DNA of 57,007 bases, taken from IMG/VR virus record IMGVR_UViG_3300046780_000292, positions 1 to 57,007 of that record; one strand, given 5' to 3'. How positions within the stretch are numbered: position 1 is the first letter of the stretch; each line of letters starts with the position of its first letter. This DNA is from a virus. Lineage: Duplodnaviria; Caudoviricetes. This document shows, one piece after another, positions 18,229-27,219 of the stretch. A program made the translations under genes and the position numbers. The notes beneath the pieces were generated by a model. That model did no database searches, was not told the origin of the DNA, and was given only the letters and a program-made list of their open reading frames with translations.

Positions 18229-19014
18229 TCAGGCCCAGTCGGGGATGGCGGTGGACCGGCGCTTGGTGTTGTAGAGGCGGGTGACGACCCGGGCCACCTG
18301 GACCCACAGGGTGCCGGTGGAGGTCAGTGACTGGCCCCGGGCGTTGCCGACCAGACCGTCCGGGCCGCCAGGAACACCGGCGAGACGCTTGGCCAGGTCG
18401 TCCAGGTTGATGTTCGGTCCGTGCTTGGCGATCAGGCGGCCGACCCCTTCGACGAGGGCGCCCTGCACGGCGACCGGGCGGTGGCCGTAGGCGGCGGTGA
18501 GGACCGCCAGGGCGGCGTCGGCGGCTTCCGGGGACACGTTGTAGACGCGCTCCAGGCTGCCGATGGCCGACAGCTTGCCCTCGCCGTTGTAGGCGGCGAC
18601 GGACCAGCCGTGGCGGGCGATGTACCCGGCGAGCTGCACGGCGTCGGGGTCCTGCTCGACACAGGCCAGCAGGAAGTGATCAACGGCGGTGGGCTTCTTG
18701 GCCGTGTTCAGCTTCCGGAACAGCGCGGCCTCTTCGGGGATGGACAGGCCCTTGTACTGGTTGGTCAGGATCGGGCCGTCGTACTTGGCGATCAGGGCGG
18801 CGTTGACGCGGTGCTGGCCGTCAATGACGTGGATGCGCCGGGCGGAGCGCCACGAGGTGGTCAGCACGCCCAGGGCGTCGGGGTCGAAGTTCTTGGCCAT
18901 CGTCTCGACGCGGGTCTTGCCGAGGGTGCGCTGCACGCCAGGGTCGACGAACAGGTCCCCCACCTTGCACTCGACGATCTCGTGGGTGATCTGGCGGGCC
19001 TTCGGGGTGGTCAT
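18229..19014 (-). CDS. ParB/Srx-like domain protein (DUF6551-like)
   Basis: VDP.VQR.L, VIDGQHR, EEAALF..LN motifs. Confidence 0.75.
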   Translation of the reverse strand: MTTPKARQITHEIVECKVGDLFVDPGVQRTLGKTRVETMAKNFDPDALGVLTTSWRSARRIHVIDGQHRVNAALIAKYDGPILTNQYKGLSIPEEAALFRKLNTAKKPTAVDHFLLACVEQDPDAVQLAGYIARHGWSVAAYNGEGKLSAIGSLERVYNVSPEAADAALAVLTAAYGHRPVAVQGALVEGVGRLIAKHGPNINLDDLAKRLAGVPGGPDGLVGNARGQSLTSTGTLWVQVARVVTRLYNTKRRSTAIPDWA

Positions 19015-19922
19015 GACTGGTTGATCTCCTTCATTTGCCTGATGATCTTTTCGAGCCCGCGTCGAACAACCGCGAGACGTGCATGGACCGGGCCGACCTG
19101 CTCCCAGGTCAGATCCGGGTTGGGCGCTCCAACGGCGGTAAGCCCTTCAGTCAGGCCCTCCAGTTGCGGTAGCGCTCGCTCCCAGGTGGCGAGCTGCTTG
19201 GCGGCGGCAGCCGCCGGGGTGGGTTTCGTCTTGGTCGGCTGGTAGACGCGCTGCGAGCCGTTGAGAGTGGTGTACGCCTCCCAGATGCTGACCGTCCCGG
19301 CGTCCAGGCCTTTCATGACCTTCCGGGCCAGTTCGGCTTTCTCGTCGGGTGCGTTGACGACGCCGGTGGCGACGTTGTAGATCCGCTCGACCCGGCGGGC
19401 GGTGGCGGACTTGATCGAGAACGGCTCGCAGACGACGGACAGCAGATAGTCCTCTTTGCGTTCGCTGGCCCGTCCCGGTCGCCGCAGCCCGGCCTGGGTC
19501 TTCTTGCGCAGCTCGGTGCCTCGCTGCTTGGCGGCGTAGGCCCGGCGGGCAGCGGCGGGGGCGTCCAGACGGCGCAGCGTCTCCCAGAGTCGGCACACTT
19601 CGGTCCACTGCATCGGCTTGGCGAAGCTGTTGCCGCCGGAGTGGGCCTCCAGCAGGGCGTCGTCGTTGTCGCCGATCATGCGCTTGGCGGCGTCCTCGAC
19701 GGTGTCGACGAAGACAGCCTGGATGGCTTCGCGCTTGAGCAGCATGTGGGCGAAGACGCGGCGCTCACCGGAAATGAGGGTGCCGTCTTTCCAGACGGTG
19801 ACGGCGCGGCGCAGACCTTCGGTGTCGATGCTCTGCGCAAGTTTGAGGCAGCTTCCGACGGCAGTTCGGTGGCGGCGCACCCGGATAGCCTCGATGCGGA
19901 CGGTGCGCTCTTCGCTCTGCAT
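19011..19922 (-). CDS. ParB N-terminal domain protein with a probable HTH
   Basis: LAQSI..EGL..AVTV...GTLISGERR motif. Confidence 0.75.
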   Translation of the reverse strand: MQSEERTVRIEAIRVRRHRTAVGSCLKLAQSIDTEGLRRAVTVWKDGTLISGERRVFAHMLLKREAIQAVFVDTVEDAAKRMIGDNDDALLEAHSGGNSFAKPMQWTEVCRLWETLRRLDAPAAARRAYAAKQRGTELRKKTQAGLRRPGRASERKEDYLLSVVCEPFSIKSATARRVERIYNVATGVVNAPDEKAELARKVMKGLDAGTVSIWEAYTTLNGSQRVYQPTKTKPTPAAAAAKQLATWERALPQLEGLTEGLTAVGAPNPDLTWEQVGPVHARLAVVRRGLEKIIRQMKEINQS

Positions 19923-20266
19923 CAGGCGGCCACCAGCTCGCGGGGCTGCCACCAGTCGGCGAAGCCGAGGTCGGTCAGGTGGGCCTCGACAGCGGCAAGC
20001 GGGGTGCGGTGGTCGAGAACGTCGAAGATGACGGGCTCTTCCGGCTCGGGCGTGACGGCAGGCGGGGCGGAGATGACGGGGCTGGTGATTTCGTCCCAGG
20101 GGCGGGGCCGGTAGGAGTCGGGGGTGGCGCTGGCGAGGCCGTGGCGGCTCTGACGTCCGGTGGTGGGTGTCAGCCACTGACTCGGGCGGGACAGGGCGGC
20201 AGCGAAGACCAGGAAGGCCAGGATGGCGGCGGCGGCGGGGATCGGCAGAACGACCGGGTCAAGCAT
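19922..20266 (-). CDS. Membrane-anchored hypothetical protein
   Basis: GGAGG SD, N-terminal TM helix; upstream TTGACA-17-CACTAT promoter. Confidence 0.6.
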   Translation of the reverse strand: MLDPVVLPIPAAAAILAFLVFAAALSRPSQWLTPTTGRQSRHGLASATPDSYRPRPWDEITSPVISAPPAVTPEPEEPVIFDVLDHRTPLAAVEAHLTDLGFADWWQPRELVAA

Positions 20267-20442
20267 GTGGGGCCTCCTCGGGGTTGGGTTGTGGACCATA
20301 GTGAGGTACCCGGTCACCTTTGTCAACCCAGAGGGGACAGTGCGTGTCAAACCTGAGGCGACAATCGATCCTCGCCTACACCCGTGGTGATCCTGTAAGC
20401 TGTCGGCCTACGCTCTGCCCAGTACAGCCCCGAGGACACAAC

Positions 20443-20715
20443 ATGGCCGCACCGAACTACAGGAAGCTTTGGCAGGAGGCGAACGCCGAACTGGAACGCA
20501 CCAGGGAGATCGTCGACCTTGCCGGGATCGCCCGGCACATGCGGGTCGCCCGGTACACCCCGCAGCAGTGGAAGCAGCGCGGCCACCTGCCCCCGGTGGA
20601 CTTCCCTGAGATCGCCGAACCGCTCTGGTACGTCTCCACCATCAAGAAGGGGTTCGTCGAACCGTCCGGCCGTATCTGGTGGGACAACCCTGACGAACTG
20701 TCGCCCGCCGCCTGA
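20443..20715 (+). CDS. Small HTH-like DNA-binding protein
   Basis: VDLAGIARHMRV...TPQQWKQRGHLP; divergent from the parB-like operon. Confidence 0.65.
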   Translation: MAAPNYRKLWQEANAELERTREIVDLAGIARHMRVARYTPQQWKQRGHLPPVDFPEIAEPLWYVSTIKKGFVEPSGRIWWDNPDELSPAA

Positions 20716-20867
20716 CGGGTGCACAATAAGCAGCGCCCCGGGGCAGGAACCCCGAGGCGCTGAAGGTAAATCCGCGTTTCGCCACGCACTACTCGTCGCA
20801 CCCCCGAGTCTACCGACGCCATACAGCTCGGACAACTCGCGAGGGTGCCTTATCTGAAAGAGGCACC

Positions 20868-21725
20868 TTGTCCTTCGAGACCTTGATCTGGGTTCGCACC
20901 CAGAAGACCGGCAACTGCGCTTCCCGCTCCGTGCTCCGCGTCCTCGCCGACCACGCCGGGCAAGATCACTCCTGCTACCTGCGCACCCGGCTGATCGCCT
21001 CCGAGACAGACCTCAGCGAGGCCGGAGTGCGTAAGGCTCTCGCCCGGCTGATCGATGCTGGGCTGGTGCGCGTCTACGACCGGTACGACAACACCGGCAA
21101 GCGGATCTCCAACCGTTACCAGGTGCTGATCGGCGGTGTCGAGACGCCGCCGCCAGACGCCGAGGACTACTCCGACGTGAGGGGGGTGCCCCTCCACGAG
21201 GGGGAGGGGCCCCTCCACGAGGGGGAGGGGCCCCTCCACGAGGGGGAGGGGCCCCTCCACGAGGGAGAGGGACAGACCCTCCAGCAGGGAGAGGGACTTC
21301 CTATTAAGGAAGCATCTAGTTCTGAAGCAACTCCTAAGAAGGGCGGCGCTGCGCGCCCGGCGACAACGGAACCGAAGGCAACTCGGCTTCCCGAGGACTT
21401 CATCCCCACCCCTGGAATGCGGGCGTGGTTCGCCGACGAGAAGCTGCATGAACTTATCGACGCCAGGACCGAGCACGACAAGTTCATGGATCACTGGCTG
21501 TCGGTGCCCGGGGTTAAGGGCCGAAAAATCGACTGGGGTCGGACGTGGCGTAACTGGATGCGTGAGTCTGCCGACCGCGCCAGGCGCTACGGCCGCCGCC
21601 CTGGGACCGCGCTCAGCCCCGTGTCCGGTGCGCCCAGGCACTACCAGAGCACCACCGACGGCAAGGTCATGCAGACCCTTGCCCTCGCCGAGAAGTTCCG
21701 TCAGATGGAGGAGAACCAGCCGTGA
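20868..21725 (+). CDS. Replication initiator (N-terminal winged HTH, internal repeats)
   Basis: VL..LADHA...L...T.LSE..VRKAL..L...GLV; TRLP.DF.P and DW..TWRNW C-terminal motifs. Confidence 0.85.
   Translation: MSFETLIWVRTQKTGNCASRSVLRVLADHAGQDHSCYLRTRLIASETDLSEAGVRKALARLIDAGLVRVYDRYDNTGKRISNRYQVLIGGVETPPPDAEDYSDVRGVPLHEGEGPLHEGEGPLHEGEGPLHEGEGQTLQQGEGLPIKEASSSEATPKKGGAARPATTEPKATRLPEDFIPTPGMRAWFADEKLHELIDARTEHDKFMDHWLSVPGVKGRKIDWGRTWRNWMRESADRARRYGRRPGTALSPVSGAPRHYQSTTDGKVMQTLALAEKFRQMEENQP
21189..21296 (+). repeat. 21-bp tandem iterons (CCCCTCCACGAGGGGGAGGGG x3, one near-perfect and one degenerate copy); probable origin
   Basis: Direct repeats encoding PLHEGEG, followed by an AT-richer tract with the CTTCCTATTAAGGAAG inverted repeat. 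Confidence 0.8.
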
Positions 21726-21901
21726 CGTGGGCTGAATACGCGAGGGCGCAAGAGGACCCCGAATGGCAGGAAGTGCGCGACCGCTATCTAAGCCGGAAGG
21801 CCAGCACGGAGGTGTCTGCCCAGCAGACCATGCTGGACCGACAGTCCGATATTGCTGAAATGTACCGGATTGAAAAGCGATACGAGGAGAACCAGCAGTG
21901 A
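21722..21901 (+). CDS. Hypothetical 59-aa protein
   Basis: GTGA overlaps on both sides; read manually. Confidence 0.6.
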   Translation: MTWAEYARAQEDPEWQEVRDRYLSRKASTEVSAQQTMLDRQSDIAEMYRIEKRYEENQQ

Positions 21902-22416
21902 ACCTGTCCGAAACTGCCCTGATGCTGGGCCAGATGCAGGCGTACGACCAGCGGACCGTCGGTGAATCCGATGTGATCGCCTGGCATGCCCTGCTCGCCG
22001 ATGCGCCTTTCGAGGACTGCCAGGAGGCGGTCCGGCGGCACTACGCGGAGAACACCGACCGGATCATGCCCGCGCACGTCCGGCGGATCGTCCGGGGCAT
22101 CCACGGCGAGCGTGAGATGGCGGCGCGGGCTACCGGCTGGGCCGCCGGTCAGGCGGGGGTGCCGAAGGGTCAGGCGCACCCGGAGATCACCGGGCCGATC
22201 GACAGCAGCAGCATGGCGCCGGAGCTGAAGGCGGCGTTGCGGGAGCTGCTGTCGGAGCGGTTTCCGGAGGCGTCCAGGGAGAAGCTGAAGCCGCGCACGG
22301 TGGCCTGGGAGCGGGAGCACCGGTCGTACGTGCGACTGCGGGACGGGGAGCTGAACCCGCACTACCGGCGCGGCTTCAGCGCCGATCAGGTCTGGGTGGA
22401 TGAGCTGCCTGCTTGA
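21898..22416 (+). CDS. Replicative helicase loader/inhibitor (G39P-like)
   Basis: D.R.VGE.DV.AW..LL...AV..HY...IMPAHV; follows the rep gene. Confidence 0.7.
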   Translation: MNLSETALMLGQMQAYDQRTVGESDVIAWHALLADAPFEDCQEAVRRHYAENTDRIMPAHVRRIVRGIHGEREMAARATGWAAGQAGVPKGQAHPEITGPIDSSSMAPELKAALRELLSERFPEASREKLKPRTVAWEREHRSYVRLRDGELNPHYRRGFSADQVWVDELPA

Positions 22417-22440
22417 CAGGTAGCGTCAGTGGTGTATGCT
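22413..22440 (+). promoter_or_regulatory. Sigma70-type promoter
   Basis: TTGACA-16-TATGCT upstream of ERF. Confidence 0.55.
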
Positions 22441-22476
22441 GTGCGTAGACAGTGAACGTCTACCACGGAGGTACAC

Positions 22477-23391
22477 ATGGAGCACCCGAACCTGGTCGCA
22501 GCCCTAGCCGCGTTCCACGCTGAGGCCCCGAAGGTCATCAAGGACGCCACGGCGAAGGTGACCGGGGAAAGCAAGGACGGCAGCAGGGTCAGCTACTCCT
22601 ACGGGTACGCCGACCTGTCAACCGTCACCGAGGCCCTCAACCCGCTGCTCGGCAAGCACGGGCTCGCGTTCACCTCGAAGCCCACCCTCACCGAGCAGGG
22701 CTTCGGCCTGGTCTACGCCCTGAAGCACGAAAGCGGCGAGGCCGACGAGGGTTTCTGGCCCCTGCCCGACCCGACCCGCGTCAAGCCGCAGGACCTGGGC
22801 TCGTGGATCACCTACTGGCGCCGGTACGCCTTCCTGGCCAGCACCAACACCTTCCCGAGCGGGGAGGACGACGACGGAGCCAAGGCGCAGGCGCAGCCCC
22901 GGGAGAGCTGGGACAACGCTCAGCCTCGCCAGCAGGCCCGGCAGGAGAAGCCCGCCCCGGCACCCGCTCCGGCCGCCGCGAAGAAGGAGTGGACGGACGA
23001 CGAGGTCCTGGACCAGATCGGCCGCCTGTCGACCCTGGACCTGGCAAAGGCAGGGAAGCTGTACGACTGGATGGCCGCCCGCGACCTGCACCACCGGGTC
23101 GTTCAGGAGGTCACCGGCACCCAGGCACTGGCGTTCCGCCTCGCCGACGATGTCACCCTGGCCAGTCCGGGCGTTGCGGAGATCGACACTATCCGCGACT
23201 TCGCCGCCGGGCGCGGCCTGCTGAAGGTCGCCGTGTCGGAGTCGGAGACCCTGGATCAGGTGCTGGTCGAGGGTCGGGCGCGGGCCGTCCGTAACGCCGA
23301 GGCCGCCGAGAAGGCTATGGCCGCCACCGAGACGGCCTTGGCTGCCGCCGGGGGTGCGCCGCTCGACGACCGGCCTGTATCGGTCGAGTGA
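22477..23391 (+). CDS. ERF-family ssDNA-annealing recombinase
   Basis: Y.YADL, L.KHGL, H.SGE, PQ..GS.ITY.RRY, EDDDG motifs. Confidence 0.9.
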   Translation: MEHPNLVAALAAFHAEAPKVIKDATAKVTGESKDGSRVSYSYGYADLSTVTEALNPLLGKHGLAFTSKPTLTEQGFGLVYALKHESGEADEGFWPLPDPTRVKPQDLGSWITYWRRYAFLASTNTFPSGEDDDGAKAQAQPRESWDNAQPRQQARQEKPAPAPAPAAAKKEWTDDEVLDQIGRLSTLDLAKAGKLYDWMAARDLHHRVVQEVTGTQALAFRLADDVTLASPGVAEIDTIRDFAAGRGLLKVAVSESETLDQVLVEGRARAVRNAEAAEKAMAATETALAAAGGAPLDDRPVSVE

Positions 23392-23609
23392 TGAACTCCG
23401 TCACGGCAGTGAACCTGCTGTTCGAGACGGCCGGGTTCCGACTGGTTCGCCAGAAGAACCACCCGATCTGGCGGTGCCCCTGCGGGCACCGGCAGGTCAG
23501 TTCCTCCGGCACTCACTGCGAGGGCCGGGGGGACACCAACGCCCGACTGCTCATACGCCGCGTACTACGCCAATGCCAAGCCCTGCGAGAGGAGGCGAAA
23601 GCCGCATGA
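23388..23609 (+). CDS. HicA-like small RNase
   Basis: L...GF.LVRQKNH.IW pattern; no adjacent HicB seen. Confidence 0.55.
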   Translation: MMNSVTAVNLLFETAGFRLVRQKNHPIWRCPCGHRQVSSSGTHCEGRGDTNARLLIRRVLRQCQALREEAKAA

Positions 23610-24073
23610 ACCAGATACCCGCCATCGTCCGCTTCCGGGGCCGCTGGTCCCTGCTGTGCAACTTCCACCCCGCCCCCGTCGCCTGGCAGGGCATCACCTA
23701 CCCGACCAGCGAACACGCCTTCAACGCGGGCAAGACGTTCGACGCCATCCTGCGGCGCCGGATCGCCCTGGCCCCGACACCGCAGGTCGCCAAGAGGCTG
23801 GGCCGCCGCTACCCGCTACGCCCCGACTGGGACATCGCCGTCCGCTACGACGTGATGCGCGAGGTGCTGCACGCCAAGTTCACCCAGCACCCGTTCCGCC
23901 GGGAGCTGCTGCTGTCCACCGGCGAAGCGCACCTCACCGAGGGCAACACCTGGCACGACCAGCACTGGGGTAACTGCACCTGCGGGATACGCCCCGCCTG
24001 TGACCTGCCCGGCCTCAACTACCTGGGCCGGATGCTCATGCAACTACGAGACGAACTTCGGAGGCAGCCATGA
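23606..24073 (+). CDS. NADAR (YbiA-like) domain protein
   Basis: LCNF, YPTSEHAF.A.K, AKRLGR, M...L.AKF.Q, LL.TG...L.E...D..WG, G.N.LG..LM..R. Confidence 0.9.
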   Translation: MNQIPAIVRFRGRWSLLCNFHPAPVAWQGITYPTSEHAFNAGKTFDAILRRRIALAPTPQVAKRLGRRYPLRPDWDIAVRYDVMREVLHAKFTQHPFRRELLLSTGEAHLTEGNTWHDQHWGNCTCGIRPACDLPGLNYLGRMLMQLRDELRRQP

Positions 24074-24552
24074 CCGAACCCCACGTGCCGACCAAGGCCG
24101 AACAGTTGGCCGCCCTGGACATGTACCTGAAGGCGCTCAAGCCGATCGCTGAGGCCCTGCGCGCCGAGGTCGCCAAGGAGATGGACAGCAACCACGACGA
24201 GCGCAAGGGCGCGTACCTGCCTGACGGTACGAAGATCGCCTCGGTGACCCTCAACGACGGCCGCCGCAGCGCGAGGGTCACCGACGAGGCGAAGGCCGTA
24301 GCGTGGTGCATGAAGCACTACCCCGGCGAGGTCGAGACCCTCTACGCCATCCGCCCGGCGTTCCTGTCGACGATCCTGGCCGCCTCGAAGGACGCTGGGA
24401 CCGGGCTCGACCCGCGCACCGGCGAGGCGCTGCCGTTCGTCGAGGTGAGCACCGGCGACAAGTTCGTGTCGATCCACCCGACCGACGACGGCACGGCCAG
24501 CGTGCTCCGGCTTGCGCACGACTTCCCCGAGATGATCGAGGCGAGGCGCTGA
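24070..24552 (+). CDS. Hypothetical protein
   Basis: 160 aa, ATGA coupling. Confidence 0.75.
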   Translation: MTEPHVPTKAEQLAALDMYLKALKPIAEALRAEVAKEMDSNHDERKGAYLPDGTKIASVTLNDGRRSARVTDEAKAVAWCMKHYPGEVETLYAIRPAFLSTILAASKDAGTGLDPRTGEALPFVEVSTGDKFVSIHPTDDGTASVLRLAHDFPEMIEARR

Positions 24553-24743
24553 TGGCCGGGCGTCGGCGTCGGCATCGTGCGGTGCATGTAGAGCTGATCA
24601 GCCAGGCAACCGGCCTTCCTGCATCGTTTTTGATCATGGATGGCGACACGTTGCACGTCGACCTCAAGGGGGTCGTTCAAGACAGGCGCGGAGGCGTGGA
24701 GATCATCTCCGTGCCCGTCACCATCAAGGCGCACTGCGCCTGA
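24552..24743 (+). CDS. Hypothetical 63-aa protein
   Basis: TGATG coupling. Confidence 0.6.
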   Translation: MAGRRRRHRAVHVELISQATGLPASFLIMDGDTLHVDLKGVVQDRRGGVEIISVPVTIKAHCA

Positions 24744-24757
24744 CCGAGGAGGAGAGC

Positions 24758-25021
24758 ATGAACAAGAAGATCATCGGCTGGATGCTGGGCAGTATCACCG
24801 TCCTGCTGTTCACCACGGCGGCCGGATGCAACCACTCCAGCGACAACGCCAGCGTCGTGCAGCCGACCGGACCGGCCAGCATCATCCAGTTCCCGTACGG
24901 CTTCCGTAACGTGGCCTACAAGTGCGACGGCCCGAACATGGTCTACAGCGGGTCGGCGGGCGCCAGCGACAACCTGTCGCCGTCGATCGCCGTCGTCCCC
25001 AACGACCCCCGGTGCAAGTAG
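24758..25021 (+). CDS. Predicted lipoprotein
   Basis: Signal peptide with AAGC lipobox; strong SD. Confidence 0.75.
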   Translation: MNKKIIGWMLGSITVLLFTTAAGCNHSSDNASVVQPTGPASIIQFPYGFRNVAYKCDGPNMVYSGSAGASDNLSPSIAVVPNDPRCK

Positions 25022-25161
25022 TGGCCGACAACAAAAAGCCGGACAAGATCCACATCAGCCGGAAGACGGCCAAAAAGCTCGCCAAGGCAGCAGGCAAGCT
25101 GCCCGAGGGCAAGGAAGGCGACAGCATGCTGGACGCCATCATCAAGAAGCTGAAGGGCTGA
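25021..25161 (+). CDS. Lys-rich microprotein (46 aa)
   Basis: GTG overlapping the upstream TAG; VADNKKPDKI...KKLKG. Confidence 0.55.
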   Translation: MADNKKPDKIHISRKTAKKLAKAAGKLPEGKEGDSMLDAIIKKLKG

Positions 25162-25179
25162 AGGATTACCCTGACGGGC

Positions 25180-25470
25180 ATGCAGCTCGCGCAGCTTGCC
25201 CGGGACCTCGGCTACGCCATCAGCCGCTCCTTCGCCGCCACCCCCAAGGGGAAGGCGGGGGAGGAGCGGCTTGACGCCTACTGGACCGCCGGAGAGGGCG
25301 CGGCGAAGATCCGCTGGGCCGAGCCGTGCGCCTTCTGCCGATGCCTGGAGCATCTCGGCAAGTACGTCAACCCGAAGCAGGTCAAAGGCCACTGCGCCAA
25401 CCTGGAGAAACGGGCGACCGGCCACTGGCCCAACCCGGAGCACAGCAAGACCCACCACTGCCCCTGCTGA
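25180..25470 (+). CDS. Hypothetical protein with a YWT.GEG.AKIRW..C..C domain
   Basis: Resembles a module seen within head-associated proteins of actinophages. Confidence 0.65.
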   Translation: MQLAQLARDLGYAISRSFAATPKGKAGEERLDAYWTAGEGAAKIRWAEPCAFCRCLEHLGKYVNPKQVKGHCANLEKRATGHWPNPEHSKTHHCPC

Positions 25471-25494
25471 CCCGGGGGCGGGCAGGAGGAAGAC

Positions 25495-25893
25495 GTGAGC
25501 TTCGAGATCGCCAAGGCGACCGCCAGCGCCCGCGCCATGGGCCTCTGTGAAGGCTGTCGGGCGTACACCCACCTGGACGCCCACCACCGGATGACGCGCG
25601 GCTCAGGAGGCGTTCACGGGGCCGCATCCGACGTCTCCAACGACGTCCGCAACCTGCTGATGCTGTGCCGGACCTGTCACGACCACGCCACCAACGACAT
25701 CACCGAGTGCATCGAGGTCGGCTGGGTGGTCGAGCGGCGGGCGGGGGTCGACCCGCGCGAGGTCCCGGCGAAGATCCACACGGTGAACGGCTACGGCTGG
25801 TGGCACCTGACCGACGACGGCGGCTACCGGTGGGCCGACGACTTGAATCTTCAACCCGACTACGCGCTCAGCTACGAGGCCGCCCCGGAGTGA
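25495..25893 (+). CDS. HNH endonuclease
   Basis: CEGC, HHR, N...LC..CH motifs. Confidence 0.85.
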   Translation: MSFEIAKATASARAMGLCEGCRAYTHLDAHHRMTRGSGGVHGAASDVSNDVRNLLMLCRTCHDHATNDITECIEVGWVVERRAGVDPREVPAKIHTVNGYGWWHLTDDGGYRWADDLNLQPDYALSYEAAPE

Positions 25894-26039
25894 AGAGTCG
25901 GGGACGCCGGACGCAGCGCCGGACGCAGCGCCGGGCGCAGGAACGGGCGGAACGCAAAGCCAGGGAGCAGGCGATCGAGCTGTTCCGGCGAGCCGAGAAC
26001 CGCAGGCGCAAGATCAAAAAGAATCAGGAGGAGAGTAGA
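25890..26039 (+). CDS. Arg-rich microprotein (49 aa)
   Basis: GTGA and TAG-ATG coupling; VKSRGRRTQRRTQRR... Confidence 0.5.
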
Positions 26040-26458
26040 TGAAGCAGTACTGGCTGGTGAACGAGCACGGGGCGAAGGTCGAGCCCTTCTCGATGATGGA
26101 CGACGAGTACCTGTCCGACGGGCACCACACGTTCGACGAGCTGTACGACCACCGGCGGGCACTCACAGCCGCCCTGGCGGCCGAACGCGCCGACATCTCC
26201 TGGCGCTCCAAGGCCCACCACCCCGACGACAGCCCCATGTTCGAGGGCGGCTACTTCATCGTCGGGATCGACACCCCGGCCGGGACGATCACCTACCACT
26301 ACAAGCTGACCCACTGGGACGACTTCGCCGAGGTGCCCGAGCTGGAGCACGCCCCCAAGTGGGACGGGGCAGACCCGGGCGAAACGGTAACCCGCCTGCT
26401 GGGCTGGGCCAGGATCGGCCCGTTCACGGCAGGGACCTACGGGCCAAGCAGCGAGTAG
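26039..26458 (+). CDS. WDGH-like domain protein
   Basis: SDG.HTFDELY.HR, WRSK.H, I.YHY, AP.WDG motifs. Confidence 0.7.
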   Translation: MKQYWLVNEHGAKVEPFSMMDDEYLSDGHHTFDELYDHRRALTAALAAERADISWRSKAHHPDDSPMFEGGYFIVGIDTPAGTITYHYKLTHWDDFAEVPELEHAPKWDGADPGETVTRLLGWARIGPFTAGTYGPSSE

Positions 26459-26784
26459 GCCGCCGCCCGGATGTTCGCGTTGTCCGCGTTCCACAACAGC
26501 TGCGAGCCGTAGAACTGGATCGGGAACACCCCGGTCAGCTGCGTCGGGCCCGGCGTGATCGGCACGACGTACGAGCGGGGGCCGGTGGTCAGCCCATCCA
26601 CCCCGGCCACCACCTGCACCGTCACGTTGTGCGGCGACGAGTCGTTGTTGAACAGGGCGAAGAACGTGGCCCCGTCGTTCGGGGTGACGTTCCCGTTAGC
26701 CACATCAGCGAAGACCGTCAGCGAGAAGGAGACCGTCGCGAAACGGCTCAGCGCCGTCACGGGCAACAGGGTGCGTCCGGCCAT
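26437..26784 (-). CDS. Hypothetical beta-rich protein
   Basis: 115 aa, typical codon bias. Confidence 0.7.
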   Translation of the reverse strand: MAGRTLLPVTALSRFATVSFSLTVFADVANGNVTPNDGATFFALFNNDSSPHNVTVQVVAGVDGLTTGPRSYVVPITPGPTQLTGVFPIQFYGSQLLWNADNANIRAAAYSLLGP

Positions 26785-26828
26785 CGGCCCTCGTTTCGAG
26801 TAGCGCTTCGAGTGGGTACCAGTCTGGC

Positions 26829-26993
26829 ATGTTTGCCCTGATCGCTGCGATCGTCTGGTTCCTGGCCGCCTTCGGCCTGCACCTCGGCCCGATCAACATG
26901 CTGCTGTTCGGCCTGGGATTCCTCGGCCTGCACTTCGCGTTCGCGTGGGGGCTGCCGGTCCCCTCCTCGTGGAACCGGCAGCCACCCGCCTAG
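26829..26993 (+). CDS. Small membrane protein (54 aa)
   Basis: MFALIAAIVWFLAAFGLHLG...; read manually. Confidence 0.6.
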   Translation: MFALIAAIVWFLAAFGLHLGPINMLLFGLGFLGLHFAFAWGLPVPSSWNRQPPA

Positions 26994-27205
26994 ACGGTCT
27001 CCCAGTCCTCCGCGAGGAGGTCGGACTGCGACGGGACCCACGGCACCAGGTCACCGTCGACCGGACGCATGAACAGGTACGGCCTGCGCATCTTCGAGTC
27101 CTTGTCGGGGACCTGCATCTCGACGTACATGTTCTGGCCGTTCCAGCCGGTGCGGGCTACCTGCTCGCCGTCCTTGAGCGCTACCAGCGCCTCTCCGAAA
27201 TCCAC
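26990..27205 (-). CDS. DUF2829/Tad2-like anti-defence sponge protein
   Basis: MDFGEAL..LK.G..VAR.GWNG..M, PY..M, VPW.PSQ.D.LAEDW signature. Confidence 0.8.
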   Translation of the reverse strand: MDFGEALVALKDGEQVARTGWNGQNMYVEMQVPDKDSKMRRPYLFMRPVDGDLVPWVPSQSDLLAEDWETV

Positions 27206-27219
27206 TGCCTTACCCCCTC

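Noticed and set aside
21189-21296. 21-bp repeats as a CRISPR array
   Set aside because: Contiguous with no spacers, in frame within the rep gene, and no cas genes present.
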